From positions 21,543 through 85,542 of the forward strand of contig CAWADS010000046.1 in the NCBI GenBank assembly GCA_963780785.1: a stretch of DNA of 64,000 nt. The letters run 5' to 3'. The DNA is from Candidatus Acidiferrales bacterium. GTDB taxonomy: Bacteria > Acidobacteriota > Terriglobia > Acidiferrales > UBA7541. Every line of letters starts with the position of its first letter. The stretch's first letter is position 1. Below the pieces are notes generated by a model. That model made no database searches and was not told the origin of the DNA. It was given only the letters and a program-made list of their open reading frames with translations. The translations under genes and the position numbers were made by a program. Of the stretch, positions 1 to 8,944 are shown piece after piece.

Positions 1-137
1 AATGGAGATTCAATGCAGGGGCGAATCCCTAACTCGCCTGTTGGGAATTGTGTCCGTTTGCTACTTTGCCGAACAATTTCTTCCACTTCCTGAGATTTTG
101 AGAGGTTGTGCCTTGGATCAGGGTCTGATAACCGATT

Positions 138-383
138 CTAGAAAGCAGTCTTATTGCGGGTTGCGTTCCCGCCCACACGATCCGCATGGCCTCTGGGTCC
201 GACTCTCTTCGTGAGTTCCACTAGCGTCCCATAGACGGTCAAATGGGGTTCTGCATACGGCTTTTTCGGTCCCCGATTGCCGGGGGCTGCAGCCGCCTTG
301 ATGAGTTCCCGTCCCGTCCCACAAACGGTGAACTCGGGTTCTGCCTGTGGCTTTTTCGGCTCCCGTTTGACGAACTCACCCAT
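138..383 (-). CDS. Lasso-peptide-type RiPP precursor with duplicated leader
   Basis: 81 aa. Contains YAEPHLTVYGTLVELTK, matching the lasso leader YxxPxLxxxGxxxxxT. ATG overlaps the cyclase stop (8 nt overlap) with GGAGG upstream. Predicted core RVGPRGHADRVGGNATRNKTAF. Confidence 0.8.
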   Translation of the reverse strand: MGEFVKREPKKPQAEPEFTVCGTGRELIKAAAAPGNRGPKKPYAEPHLTVYGTLVELTKRVGPRGHADRVGGNATRNKTAF

Positions 384-2238
384 TACCAGCCTCCGCCTGC
401 TTGTTGTATCGAACTCTCTTCATAGACAGCAACCAGATGTTGAGGCAGTAGGGCCGTAGGCTGCCACCAATTTGCTGGGCGGTCATCTTACCATGCGGCG
501 GTGCCAGCGCGGAACGTTGAATATAGCGGTCCGCGTCGGAGCTCCAGGGCATTTGTTTCAGCTGGGCTGCCCCCGTTCGCCGGAACTGCTCAGATGCCGG
601 ATCGCCCTGCAGCGGCGTCTTCGGACGCACGCGAACCGGCTCCGGTAGCCGCCCCACCATGGCCTCTCGCAGCAGCAACTTGTTAAAGCACCAGGGAAAA
701 GGCGGCAGTGCCAAAAGGTAATTTACGATTCTTAAGTCTAGGAACGGGTAGCGCGTTTCCAGCGGGAAATGCGTCACGCCTGCGTTTTCCTGTTCAAACA
801 TACACGTCCAGTGGGGCAGGGCCATGGAGGCGTGGGCTCTAGGGCGAATTGGATGCTTGTAGGAACCCGCGGGATGCTCGCACCCGTCCTTCCACCGCGC
901 TTTCAAGTTGGCGCGGCCTACGAACTCCGCCGGCAGCCACTCTGGGAACACCGGTGCATCGGCATCTCTGCCCAGGATTTTCCTAACACGTGCTTGGGCA
1001 CCCCGCCATGGAAACGGCCGAACCCACAAAAAATTTGCCATCTCAGAAAACAGACGTTGCCATTCCCGGTTTCGCCACAACGCCTTCGCATACGGCCACA
1101 TCTGAAAGTCCATCAGGTTGTCGCTGCCCTCGCCTGACAAGAGCACCCGGCAATCCAGGGAAATGATGCGGCAGGATTCCAGAAAGTTGGCGATCAGAGG
1201 GCTGTCGACCGGTTCCGGCCAGCGCAACTCCGGATCGTCCCAGCCATCGAAGAGCCCCGCCTGATCCATCGGCAGAAACTTGACCGGAATGCGCAGAAAC
1301 TCCCCGACCGCGCGGGCTAAACGACCTTCCGCATCGGGAACCTGCGACTCATCAACGCACGTATAGCTTCTAATATCAGTGTCTTGAGCACGCTTTGCGG
1401 ACACCTCCTTGGCCGCCGCCGCCACCGAGGAGGAATCCAGTCCGCCGCTCAAGAGGATTCCGACGCGGTCTGTGCGCAGGCGGTCCGCAACCGCGCTTTC
1501 AAAAAGCGCCTGAAAATGTTCGATGTATTCTTCGGGCCTAACATAACGAATATGTCCGTCGGTGGGTAGCGTCCAGAAGCGCTTGATTTGTAAACCATTC
1601 GTCGAAAGGGTCAGGGAATGAGCTGGCGGCAGGCGCTGAATATCACGGAAGCTCGTCGTTGCGTTATCGTAGTTCAATCCGAAGAGCAGGAAATCCCCGA
1701 TGGCCGCTTCATTCAAGTCGTTCGGAACGCCCGGATGTAGCCGGATACAATTCAGCGTATTACTGAAAATAAAGAGGTCGCCCAGTTGCGCGTAGTAGAA
1801 CGGCTTGATTCCGAAGTGATCGCGCGCGCAGAACAGTTGTTTCTTTTTCACGTCCCACAGCGCAAACGAGAAATCGCCACGCAAGTGATCGAGGCACTGG
1901 GCGCCCCAGGCCGCATAAGCATGCAAAAGCAATTCCGAGTCTGGCAGATTGCCCCGGACCGCCCGGCGGGAGCGCTGCAGTTCGGCGACGAGCTCTGCCC
2001 GGCTATCGAGTCGCGCGTCCGCGACAATCCAGTACCGCTCCTCCAGGCTGGCCGGCTGCCGCTCGTTCAGCGATTCGTGCGTGGTCCGCAGCAGCGCATG
2101 CGCCATTCCCGTCGAACCATTCATCCAGATGGCTTGCGCATCCGGACCGCGGTAGGCCAAGAAATCTGCGAACGACTGCAACAGCGCACGCTCAATCGGC
2201 TTACCGTTTGGATGAACAATACCCGCGATGCCGCTCAA
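376..2238 (-). CDS. Asparagine synthetase-like protein, probable lasso peptide cyclase (isopeptide bond-forming)
   Basis: Likely TTG start giving MSGIAG (Ser rather than the catalytic Cys of AsnB). Motifs RDHFGIKPFYY, LSGGLDSS, LSGEGSD, RYPFLD, RPKTP. Directly upstream of a lasso-leader peptide. Confidence 0.85.
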   Translation of the reverse strand: MSGIAGIVHPNGKPIERALLQSFADFLAYRGPDAQAIWMNGSTGMAHALLRTTHESLNERQPASLEERYWIVADARLDSRAELVAELQRSRRAVRGNLPDSELLLHAYAAWGAQCLDHLRGDFSFALWDVKKKQLFCARDHFGIKPFYYAQLGDLFIFSNTLNCIRLHPGVPNDLNEAAIGDFLLFGLNYDNATTSFRDIQRLPPAHSLTLSTNGLQIKRFWTLPTDGHIRYVRPEEYIEHFQALFESAVADRLRTDRVGILLSGGLDSSSVAAAAKEVSAKRAQDTDIRSYTCVDESQVPDAEGRLARAVGEFLRIPVKFLPMDQAGLFDGWDDPELRWPEPVDSPLIANFLESCRIISLDCRVLLSGEGSDNLMDFQMWPYAKALWRNREWQRLFSEMANFLWVRPFPWRGAQARVRKILGRDADAPVFPEWLPAEFVGRANLKARWKDGCEHPAGSYKHPIRPRAHASMALPHWTCMFEQENAGVTHFPLETRYPFLDLRIVNYLLALPPFPWCFNKLLLREAMVGRLPEPVRVRPKTPLQGDPASEQFRRTGAAQLKQMPWSSDADRYIQRSALAPPHGKMTAQQIGGSLRPYCLNIWLLSMKRVRYNKQAEAGNG

Positions 2239-2592
2239 TCCGTTTGCCTCTCTGTCCAAGGGTTGCTACTTCGAATCTCACAACGAGGTGCTACGTGGCG
2301 TCATCCGCGCCCTGGGTGTGTTTCCCCGTTATCCGTAACTCGGTTTTGAATCGCTACTGGGCGGGAACCCCATTCTACTGGGGCGGCTCGGCAGCGGCAA
2401 CCGCGTCATGCTCACAGAATCTCGCAATCTATCATCCGTGATGCTCGCACCGTCCCCTGCGCCGGCATGCAGACCTTCCAAGGAATCGAGCATGCCTCGC
2501 ATTTAAGGCCGGGCAACGCCGGTAACCAGTGTCCGTTACCACATTTTTGCGAGAGGCGAACGAGTTTACTCTTGGAGGGAAAGGAATTTTTC

Positions 2593-2682
2593 TGGCGGAG
2601 GAGGAGGGATTCGAACCCCCGAGGCCCTTTCGAGCCCAACGGTTTTCAAGACCGCCGGTTTCAACCGCTCACCCACTCCTCC
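2593..2682 (-). tRNA. tRNA-Ser(TGA)
   Basis: GGAGGAG acceptor stem, anticodon loop CTTGAAA, long variable arm GGGCTCGAAAGGGCCT, GGTTCGAATCC T-arm, encoded CCA. TATAAT -10 at 2690-2695. Confidence 0.97.
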
Positions 2683-2794
2683 GCTTTTGATTATATCTTG
2701 CAACCACTCTTCGCGGGGTTCTCTCGAGAGACTGGCGGGCCGCGAAGTAACCGCGTCATATTTTGCCATGGGATCGCGCGGAGTCGTGATATTA

Positions 2795-2815
2795 TGCGTT
2801 ACAGTAAACGGTTTT
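2795..2815 (+). promoter_or_regulatory. Putative LacI-family operator (copy 1)
   Basis: TGCGTTACAGTAAACG is identical to 10692-10707. The AAACG core is typical of LacI operators. Lies upstream of GH27. Confidence 0.6.
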
Positions 2816-3061
2816 TGTGCCATTTTTCATGCAATTCTTGGCATAGCGTTTCCATCAAGTAAAACCTGCCGGAGGCTAACGGGGAGCAAAGATGGCTCTT
2901 GACTCACGATGTGAATCCCTGAAACGGGCTTCGGCTACGGGCCTTGCCATGTCCGCCAATCATCATGTTGGCGCCCTCCCTCCGAGAGCAAACAGACAGG
3001 GGGAATGGCCGTTCCCCGTTCAGACATGCAACCGCCTGGGCATGAAAGGATCTAGTCCAAG

Positions 3062-4528
3062 ATGAGAACCCGGCTTTACGTTTCAGTTTTGCTCTTCGCT
3101 TGCTTCTTAGGCATGGCTCGTGGGGCCGGCGTCGCTTCGCCTGCCACGTACAACGACGCAACCGGCCTTGCAAAACTTGCCACGCAAGCACCCGCTGCGG
3201 CCAAGTCACCAGACGCAAATTCCATCCTTGCTGCTACCCCCCCGCTGGGCTGGAATAGTTGGGATGGCTATGGCACGACAATCAACGAAGAGCAGGTGAA
3301 GGCCAACGCCGCCTGGTTCGCGGAGCATCTGAAACCTTTCGGTTGGGAATATATCGTTGTTGATATGGAGTGGTTCGTCACCAACCCCACGCCGGAAGGC
3401 AATTCGAAAAACTCCCTCTACGCGCTCGATGCCAATGGCCGGTACATTCCCGCGGAAAACCGTTTTCCCTCTTCGACAGGAGGAAAAGGTTTCAAGCCCA
3501 TCGGCGACTACATTCATTCGCTCGGCCTGAAGTTCGGTATCCACATCTTGCGGGGAATCCCAAAGAAGGCGGTTGAATCGAACGCCCCCATCGCAAGCAC
3601 TTCATTCCACGCATCCGAGGCGGCAGACACAGGGGAAATCTGTCCTTGGAACCCAGACAATTTCGGCGCGGACGCCACAAAGCCTGCCGCACAGGCCTAC
3701 TACGATTCCATCGCCTCTCTCTACGCCACTTGGGGAGTCGATTTGATCAAGGTCGATTGCATCAGCAGCCGTCCGTACCGCGGGGACGAAATTCGCATGT
3801 TGAGTGCCGCGCTCGCAAAAACAGGGCGCCCCATCGTGCTGAGCCTCTCGCCCGGACCAGCCCCGATCGAAAAAGCGGAAGAGATGCGCAAGTATGCCCA
3901 AATGTGGCGCATCTCCGACGATATCTGGGATTTGTGGCACAGCGATGTGCAGTACCCTCAGGGCCTCGGCGATCAATTTCAAAATGTCCTGAAATGGGCG
4001 GGACTCTCGCAACCCGGCCATTGGCCCGATGCGGACATGCTGCCTCTTGGCTATCTTGGCCCCGCTCCCGGCTGGGGCCAACCACGCCAGTCACGGCTGA
4101 GTCACGATGAACAGCGCACCCTCATGACTTTGTGGTCCATTTTCCGTTCGCCTTTGATGATTGGCGGGGAGCTGCCCAAAGCGGATGCCTGGACCGTTTC
4201 CTTGCTCACGAACCCGGAAGTCCTCGCGGTGGATCAGCATTCTTCCGAAAATCATCCCGTGATTGCCACCGATGCGGCCGTCATTTGGCTTGCCGAGCCT
4301 TCCTCGCATGACGGCTATTACCTTGCCGCATTCAATCGCGGGGAATCCGCGCTGGATCTCCATTACTCCTGGAAAGAACTCGGTCTCAAGGACAGCGAGT
4401 ACGTACTGAGAGATCTTTGGGAGCGGAAGGATCTGCCTTCCGCGAAATCTTTTGCTGTTAATCTGCCGGCTCACGCCAGCGTGCTTTACAAGCTGAGGCC
4501 GCTCGCGTACCCCGGCGCAATAATGTGA
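3062..4528 (+). CDS. Secreted glycoside hydrolase family 27 (alpha-galactosidase-like)
   Basis: Signal peptide; TPPLGWNSW, YIVVDMEW, HSLGLKFGI, WGVDLIKVD, MWRISDD, WPDADML; C-terminal LRDLW beta-domain. Confidence 0.9.
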   Translation: MRTRLYVSVLLFACFLGMARGAGVASPATYNDATGLAKLATQAPAAAKSPDANSILAATPPLGWNSWDGYGTTINEEQVKANAAWFAEHLKPFGWEYIVVDMEWFVTNPTPEGNSKNSLYALDANGRYIPAENRFPSSTGGKGFKPIGDYIHSLGLKFGIHILRGIPKKAVESNAPIASTSFHASEAADTGEICPWNPDNFGADATKPAAQAYYDSIASLYATWGVDLIKVDCISSRPYRGDEIRMLSAALAKTGRPIVLSLSPGPAPIEKAEEMRKYAQMWRISDDIWDLWHSDVQYPQGLGDQFQNVLKWAGLSQPGHWPDADMLPLGYLGPAPGWGQPRQSRLSHDEQRTLMTLWSIFRSPLMIGGELPKADAWTVSLLTNPEVLAVDQHSSENHPVIATDAAVIWLAEPSSHDGYYLAAFNRGESALDLHYSWKELGLKDSEYVLRDLWERKDLPSAKSFAVNLPAHASVLYKLRPLAYPGAIM

Positions 4529-4622
4529 TGACCTTTGCTTGGCAGTACACGGCGCGCGGCTTTTTCGCCGCAAAAACGTGCCATGAAAAACATTGGACTG
4601 TGGCGAGTATGAGAGAGAAATC

Positions 4623-5644
4623 ATGCCTGCCACGATGAAGAGTATCGCGCGAGACCTGGGCGTCTCGTCGTCACCGTCTCGAAAGTTCTGCACAATCATG
4701 CGGACATCAGCCCCGAAACGCGAAAACGCGTTCTGCAGCGCATGAAGGAAGTCAATTATCAGCCAAATCTCTCCGCCCGCGCGCTTTCTACCGGTCGCAC
4801 CAGCCTCGTCGGCCTGATTGTGCCGGACCTCGTTCATCCCTTCTTCGCCCAGGTCGCCAAGGGGATTTCGGCGCGCCTTGGTGCGCAGGGGTACAGCCTG
4901 ATCATCGCGTCTTCCGAGGAAGATCCTCAACTGGAACGCCGCGAAGTGGATCAAATGATGGCCCGCAGCGTGGATGCCCTGATTCTGGCGTCCACGGAAT
5001 CCGATTCCGCCAGCCTGGTGAAGCTGACGGATCGCGGCGTTCCGTTCGTTCTGCTCGATCGGAAGATTCCGGGCTTCCCGGCGCATTTCGTTGGAATTGA
5101 TGACGTGAAGGCGGGCTCGCTGGCGACCAAACATCTGATTGATATCGGCTGCAAAACGATTGCCCATATCGCCGGTTCCGAGGTCAGCACCGCGATTGAT
5201 CGCCAGGCTGGCTACGCGGCGACACTCGCGAAACATGGTTTGAGCCTTCCCGAAGGTTACATCGTCAGGCATGGAAGCGGCGACGACGCGGGAGACAAAA
5301 GCGGCTACGGTGCCATGAAGCAGCTTTTGCAGTTGCATCCTCGGCCCGACGGCGTGTTTTGCTGCAACGACCCATTGGCCATGGGGGCTTTCCGCGCCAT
5401 CCTCGAGGCTGGATTGGAAGTGCCCAACGACATTGCCGTAGTGGGCTGCGGAAACGTCCACTATGACGATCTTCTTCGCGTTCCTCTCACCAGCCTCGAT
5501 CAGGATGCTGCCGGCCTCGGAGAAAGCGTCGCCCGCCTTGCCTTGAACGTGATCAAGAAGAAAAGCGGCAGTACGCCCACGAACGTTCTCCTCCCCGCAC
5601 GATTGGTGGTGCGAGCCTCCACACAGAAACGGGGTACTGGCTGA
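4623..5644 (+). CDS. LacI-family transcriptional regulator (frameshift near 4666)
   Basis: N-terminal MPATMKSIARDLGVS..VTVSKVL HTH in another frame joins the ORF with YQPNLSARAL, sugar-binding domain and VPLTSLDQ. Confidence 0.88.
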
Positions 5645-5712
5645 ACGCTGGAAGAAGAGCTGCACCACTCAGGCGCCGAGGGAAGGGTAAAGTCTCCGAT
5701 GTTTTGCAGTGG

Positions 5713-5728
5713 AAAATCGTTTACTGTA
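5713..5728 (-). promoter_or_regulatory. Putative LacI-family operator (copy 2)
   Basis: Reverse complement TACAGTAAACGATTTT, upstream of the SDR-lactonase-fucP operon. Confidence 0.55.
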
Positions 5729-5788
5729 TCGGATAAATTAAAGCAGTGATGCTTCTCTCTTCGCTGCACGAAAGGTCTCCCTTTCCCC

Positions 5789-6567
5789 ATGGAACTCTCT
5801 CCGTTTAGCCTCGCTGACAAAACTGCGGTCGTACTCGGCGGCACCAGTGGATTGGGCCGCACGCTGGCTCTGGGACTGGCGGACGCCGGCGCGGATGTCG
5901 TTGTTTCGGCGCGCCGCCAGGAACTCGTCGATGCGACGGCTTCGGAAATCGAAGCCAAGGGCCAAAAGACACTCCGAGTGGTGTCTGACGTGCGCGACAA
6001 AGCAGTCGCTTGTCCGTCTCCGCGACGCCGTTTTGAGCGCTTTCGGCAAAGTGGACATTCTCGTGAACGCCGCCGGCATCACCCGCAAACTTCCCACCCT
6101 GGAAATGTCGGAGGACGACTGGAATGCCATCCTGGACACCAATCTTACCGGGACGGTGCGGGGCTGCCAGGTTTTCGGCGAGCCAATGCTGAAGCGTGGT
6201 TACGGCCGTGTGATCAACATCGCTTCTCTTGGAACGCTTCTCGGTCTTTACGAGGTGGCCGCCTACTGCGCCAGCAAAGCGGGTGTCGGCTCGCTCACAA
6301 AATCGCTTGGCCGTGGAATGGTCGCGGCATGGCGTCCTTGTCAACGCGATTATTCCGGGCGTCTTCCGTACGGATTTGAACGCCGCGCTGCTGGACGGAA
6401 CCGCGCGCGGACGCGAATTCCTGATGCGCACGCCCATGGGCCGTTACGGCAAAGCCGAGGAACTCGTGGGCGCCGCCGTGTTTCTTGCCTCGGACGCCTG
6501 CGCCTTTGTTACTGGGCAGCTTATCGCTGTGGATGGCGGCATCCTCGCCAGCGGTGTGAACCAATGA
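5789..6567 (+). CDS. Short-chain dehydrogenase/reductase (KduD/gluconate 5-dehydrogenase-like; two frameshifts)
   Basis: GGTSGLG, DILVNAAG, YCASK, VNAIIPG, RTPMGRYG and VDGG are spread over three frames (shifts near 6000 and 6310). Confidence 0.85.
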
Positions 6568-6678
6568 GCACGCCCGGCGGCGAACTGGCCACCGCCATTT
6601 CCAAGCCGCCGCGGGGGACGCCAGCCGGTGCCGCTTCCGTGTTCCATATCGACTGGCCTTCCGGGAAGCCTGAAAACA

Positions 6679-7542
6679 ATGCTTGAGCGAATTGATGCCC
6701 ACCATCACCTCTGGCGTTACGCAAAAGAAGAGTACGGCTGGATATCTGACGACATGGGCGTGCTCGCACGGGATTTTCTTCCCGAAGATCTGCGGCGAGA
6801 GCTTTTGGCTTCTGGAATTCATGGCAGCATCGCTGTTCAGGCAAGGCAGACTCTTGAGGAGACATCCTGGCTTCTGCGCCTCGCCGATGAGAATGACTTT
6901 ATTCGTGGAGTCGTGGGTTGGGCGCCCTTAGCTAGCCCGGAGTTCGCGGCGGTCCTCGATCGCCTGCAGGAGTCTGAAAAACTGAAGGGCCTCCGCCACA
7001 TGATTCAGGATGAACCCGACGATGACTTCATGCATCGGCCCGAGTTCAACGCGGGTGTTGCGCTGCTCAAGCAATACGGCCTTGTCTACGACATTCTTAT
7101 CTTTGAGCGTCATCTTCCGGCAGCCATCTCCTTCGTGGATCGTCATCCTGCGCAGGCATTCGTTTTGGATCATATTGCCAAGCCGCGCATTCGTGACCGC
7201 GAACTCGAACCCTGGCGGACGAACATTCGCGAGCTTGCGCGCCGGGAAAATGTTTATTGCAAGGTGTCCGGCATGGTAACGGAGGCGAACTGGAGGAACT
7301 GGCGCCCAGCGGACCTGCAACCCTATTTCGATGTCGTCCTGCAAGCCTTCGGTCCCAAACGTTTGATGGCCGGTTCGGATTGGCCCGTCTGCCTTCTGGC
7401 GACGACCTATCAAGCCTGGTTTTCCACGGTAGAGGATTTCATACGTCCCCTCTCCCTTGCGGAGCGCGAAATGATTCTTGGCGGTGTGGCAAGTGATGTG
7501 TACTCCCTGGCGCGCGGAAGTTCCGCAATCGGGAAAGGATAG
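6679..7542 (+). CDS. Amidohydrolase-2 family sugar lactonase (L-fucono/L-galactono-lactonase-like)
   Basis: IDAHHHLW, VQARQ, LDHIAKP, CKVSG, GSDWPVC; adjacent to fucP. Confidence 0.85.
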   Translation: MLERIDAHHHLWRYAKEEYGWISDDMGVLARDFLPEDLRRELLASGIHGSIAVQARQTLEETSWLLRLADENDFIRGVVGWAPLASPEFAAVLDRLQESEKLKGLRHMIQDEPDDDFMHRPEFNAGVALLKQYGLVYDILIFERHLPAAISFVDRHPAQAFVLDHIAKPRIRDRELEPWRTNIRELARRENVYCKVSGMVTEANWRNWRPADLQPYFDVVLQAFGPKRLMAGSDWPVCLLATTYQAWFSTVEDFIRPLSLAEREMILGGVASDVYSLARGSSAIGKG

Positions 7543-7545
7543 GCG

Positions 7546-8883
7546 ATGGCCAAACATCAAGTGGAGAGTGCCCCCGGCGCAACGGCATCGCCTGCCAGGC
7601 ATTCATTGTTTCCTGCAGGGCAGATCGTTCCCTTCATCCTCGTCACCGCACTTTTCTTCCTCTGGGGAATCCCCAACAACCTGAACGACGTCCTCATCCG
7701 GCAGTTTATGAAGTCCTTCGAGATTTCCCGTTTTCAGGCCGGCCTCATGCAATCCGCCTTCTATCTGGGGTATTTCCTTCTGGCGATTCCCGCGGCCCTC
7801 ATGATGAAGCGCGCGGGCTACAAAGCGGGATTCGTAGTGGGCTTGCTGCTTTATGCCGCCGGCGCATTCTTGTTCTGGCCGGCCGCTCTGACGGGCAGTT
7901 ACGCTTTTTTCTTTTTCGCGCTCTTTGTCATTGCCAGCGGGCTTTCCTTTTTGGAGACGGCTTCCAATCCCTTTATCGCCCAACTCGGCGATCCGGACAG
8001 TTCGGAGCGCCGTCTGAATTTCTCGCAGGCGTTCAATCCTTTCGGCGCAATCTCGGGGGCTCTGATCGGCACGGTCTTCATCTTTTCCGGTGTCGAGCTG
8101 AATCCACAGGAAATTGCGGCGCGCCAGGCGGCGCATACTTATCAGGCGTATCTTCGCTTTGAAACGTTGCGCGTTGTTCGTCCTTATCTGGTAATCGGTA
8201 TCGTCGCCGTGGTTTGGGCTTTGCTCATCATCCGGACAAAGTTTCCCGTGATTACCAGTGAAGACGAGGCCGACCACAGTGAGCATGGCAGCTTTCGCCA
8301 ATTGCTCAGCCAAAGGCATTTTCTCCTTGCCGTCATCGCGCAGTTCTTTTATGTGGGAGCCCAGGTCGGCACGTGGAGCTATTTCATTTCCTACGTTCAG
8401 GATTACGCGCACATGCCTGAAAAGATCGCCGGCTATCTGCTCGTTGGCACGCTCGCAGCCTTCGGCGTGGGCCGTTTCGGCTCTGCGTACTTAATGCGCT
8501 TCATCTCACCGGGCCGTCTGATGGGCGCCTTCGCCGCGGCGAATATTGTCCTGGTCTCCGTCGCAGTCCTCCACCCGAGTTGGATCGGCATCTGGTGCAT
8601 CTTTCTCACCAGCTTCTTCATGTCGCTCATGTTCCCCACAATTTTCGCCCTCGGCCTGAAAGGTCTCGGCCCAAACACGAAAATCGGCGGTTCCTTTCTG
8701 GTCATGGCGATTGTCGGCGGCGCGGTTCTCACTCCGGTCATGGGCCTGATCTCGGAGAAGTTCCACAGTTTGGCTTTGGCCTACTCAATTCCGCTGATCG
8801 CTTACATCTATATTTGTGCTTATTCGTTTTTGGGCTCGCGGCGAGTGGATATCTCCGCAACCGTTACCGAACTCGGGAGGTAA
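7546..8883 (+). CDS. fucP: L-fucose:H+ symporter family MFS permease
   Basis: LFFLWG, LETASNPF, RLNFSQAFN, QFFYVGAQV, MFPTIF, MAIVGGA. Confidence 0.9.
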   Translation: MAKHQVESAPGATASPARHSLFPAGQIVPFILVTALFFLWGIPNNLNDVLIRQFMKSFEISRFQAGLMQSAFYLGYFLLAIPAALMMKRAGYKAGFVVGLLLYAAGAFLFWPAALTGSYAFFFFALFVIASGLSFLETASNPFIAQLGDPDSSERRLNFSQAFNPFGAISGALIGTVFIFSGVELNPQEIAARQAAHTYQAYLRFETLRVVRPYLVIGIVAVVWALLIIRTKFPVITSEDEADHSEHGSFRQLLSQRHFLLAVIAQFFYVGAQVGTWSYFISYVQDYAHMPEKIAGYLLVGTLAAFGVGRFGSAYLMRFISPGRLMGAFAAANIVLVSVAVLHPSWIGIWCIFLTSFFMSLMFPTIFALGLKGLGPNTKIGGSFLVMAIVGGAVLTPVMGLISEKFHSLALAYSIPLIAYIYICAYSFLGSRRVDISATVTELGR

Positions 8884-8944
8884 AGCTGTGCAATCTCCAT
8901 TTAGTTTATCCACCAGAGAGACTACTGGCGCCCGAGGAGGGCAA

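Noticed and set aside
1-2592. Lasso locus as a tRNA-integrated island
   Set aside because: No integrase and no duplicated tRNA 3' end are visible in the window; cannot be supported.
2593-2682. tRNA as tRNA-Sec or a suppressor
   Set aside because: On the coding strand the anticodon is TGA (reads TCA, Ser); the acceptor stem is a normal 7 bp.
8906-8916. DnaA-box-like TTATCCACC
   Set aside because: Single imperfect copy, far from the skew switch.
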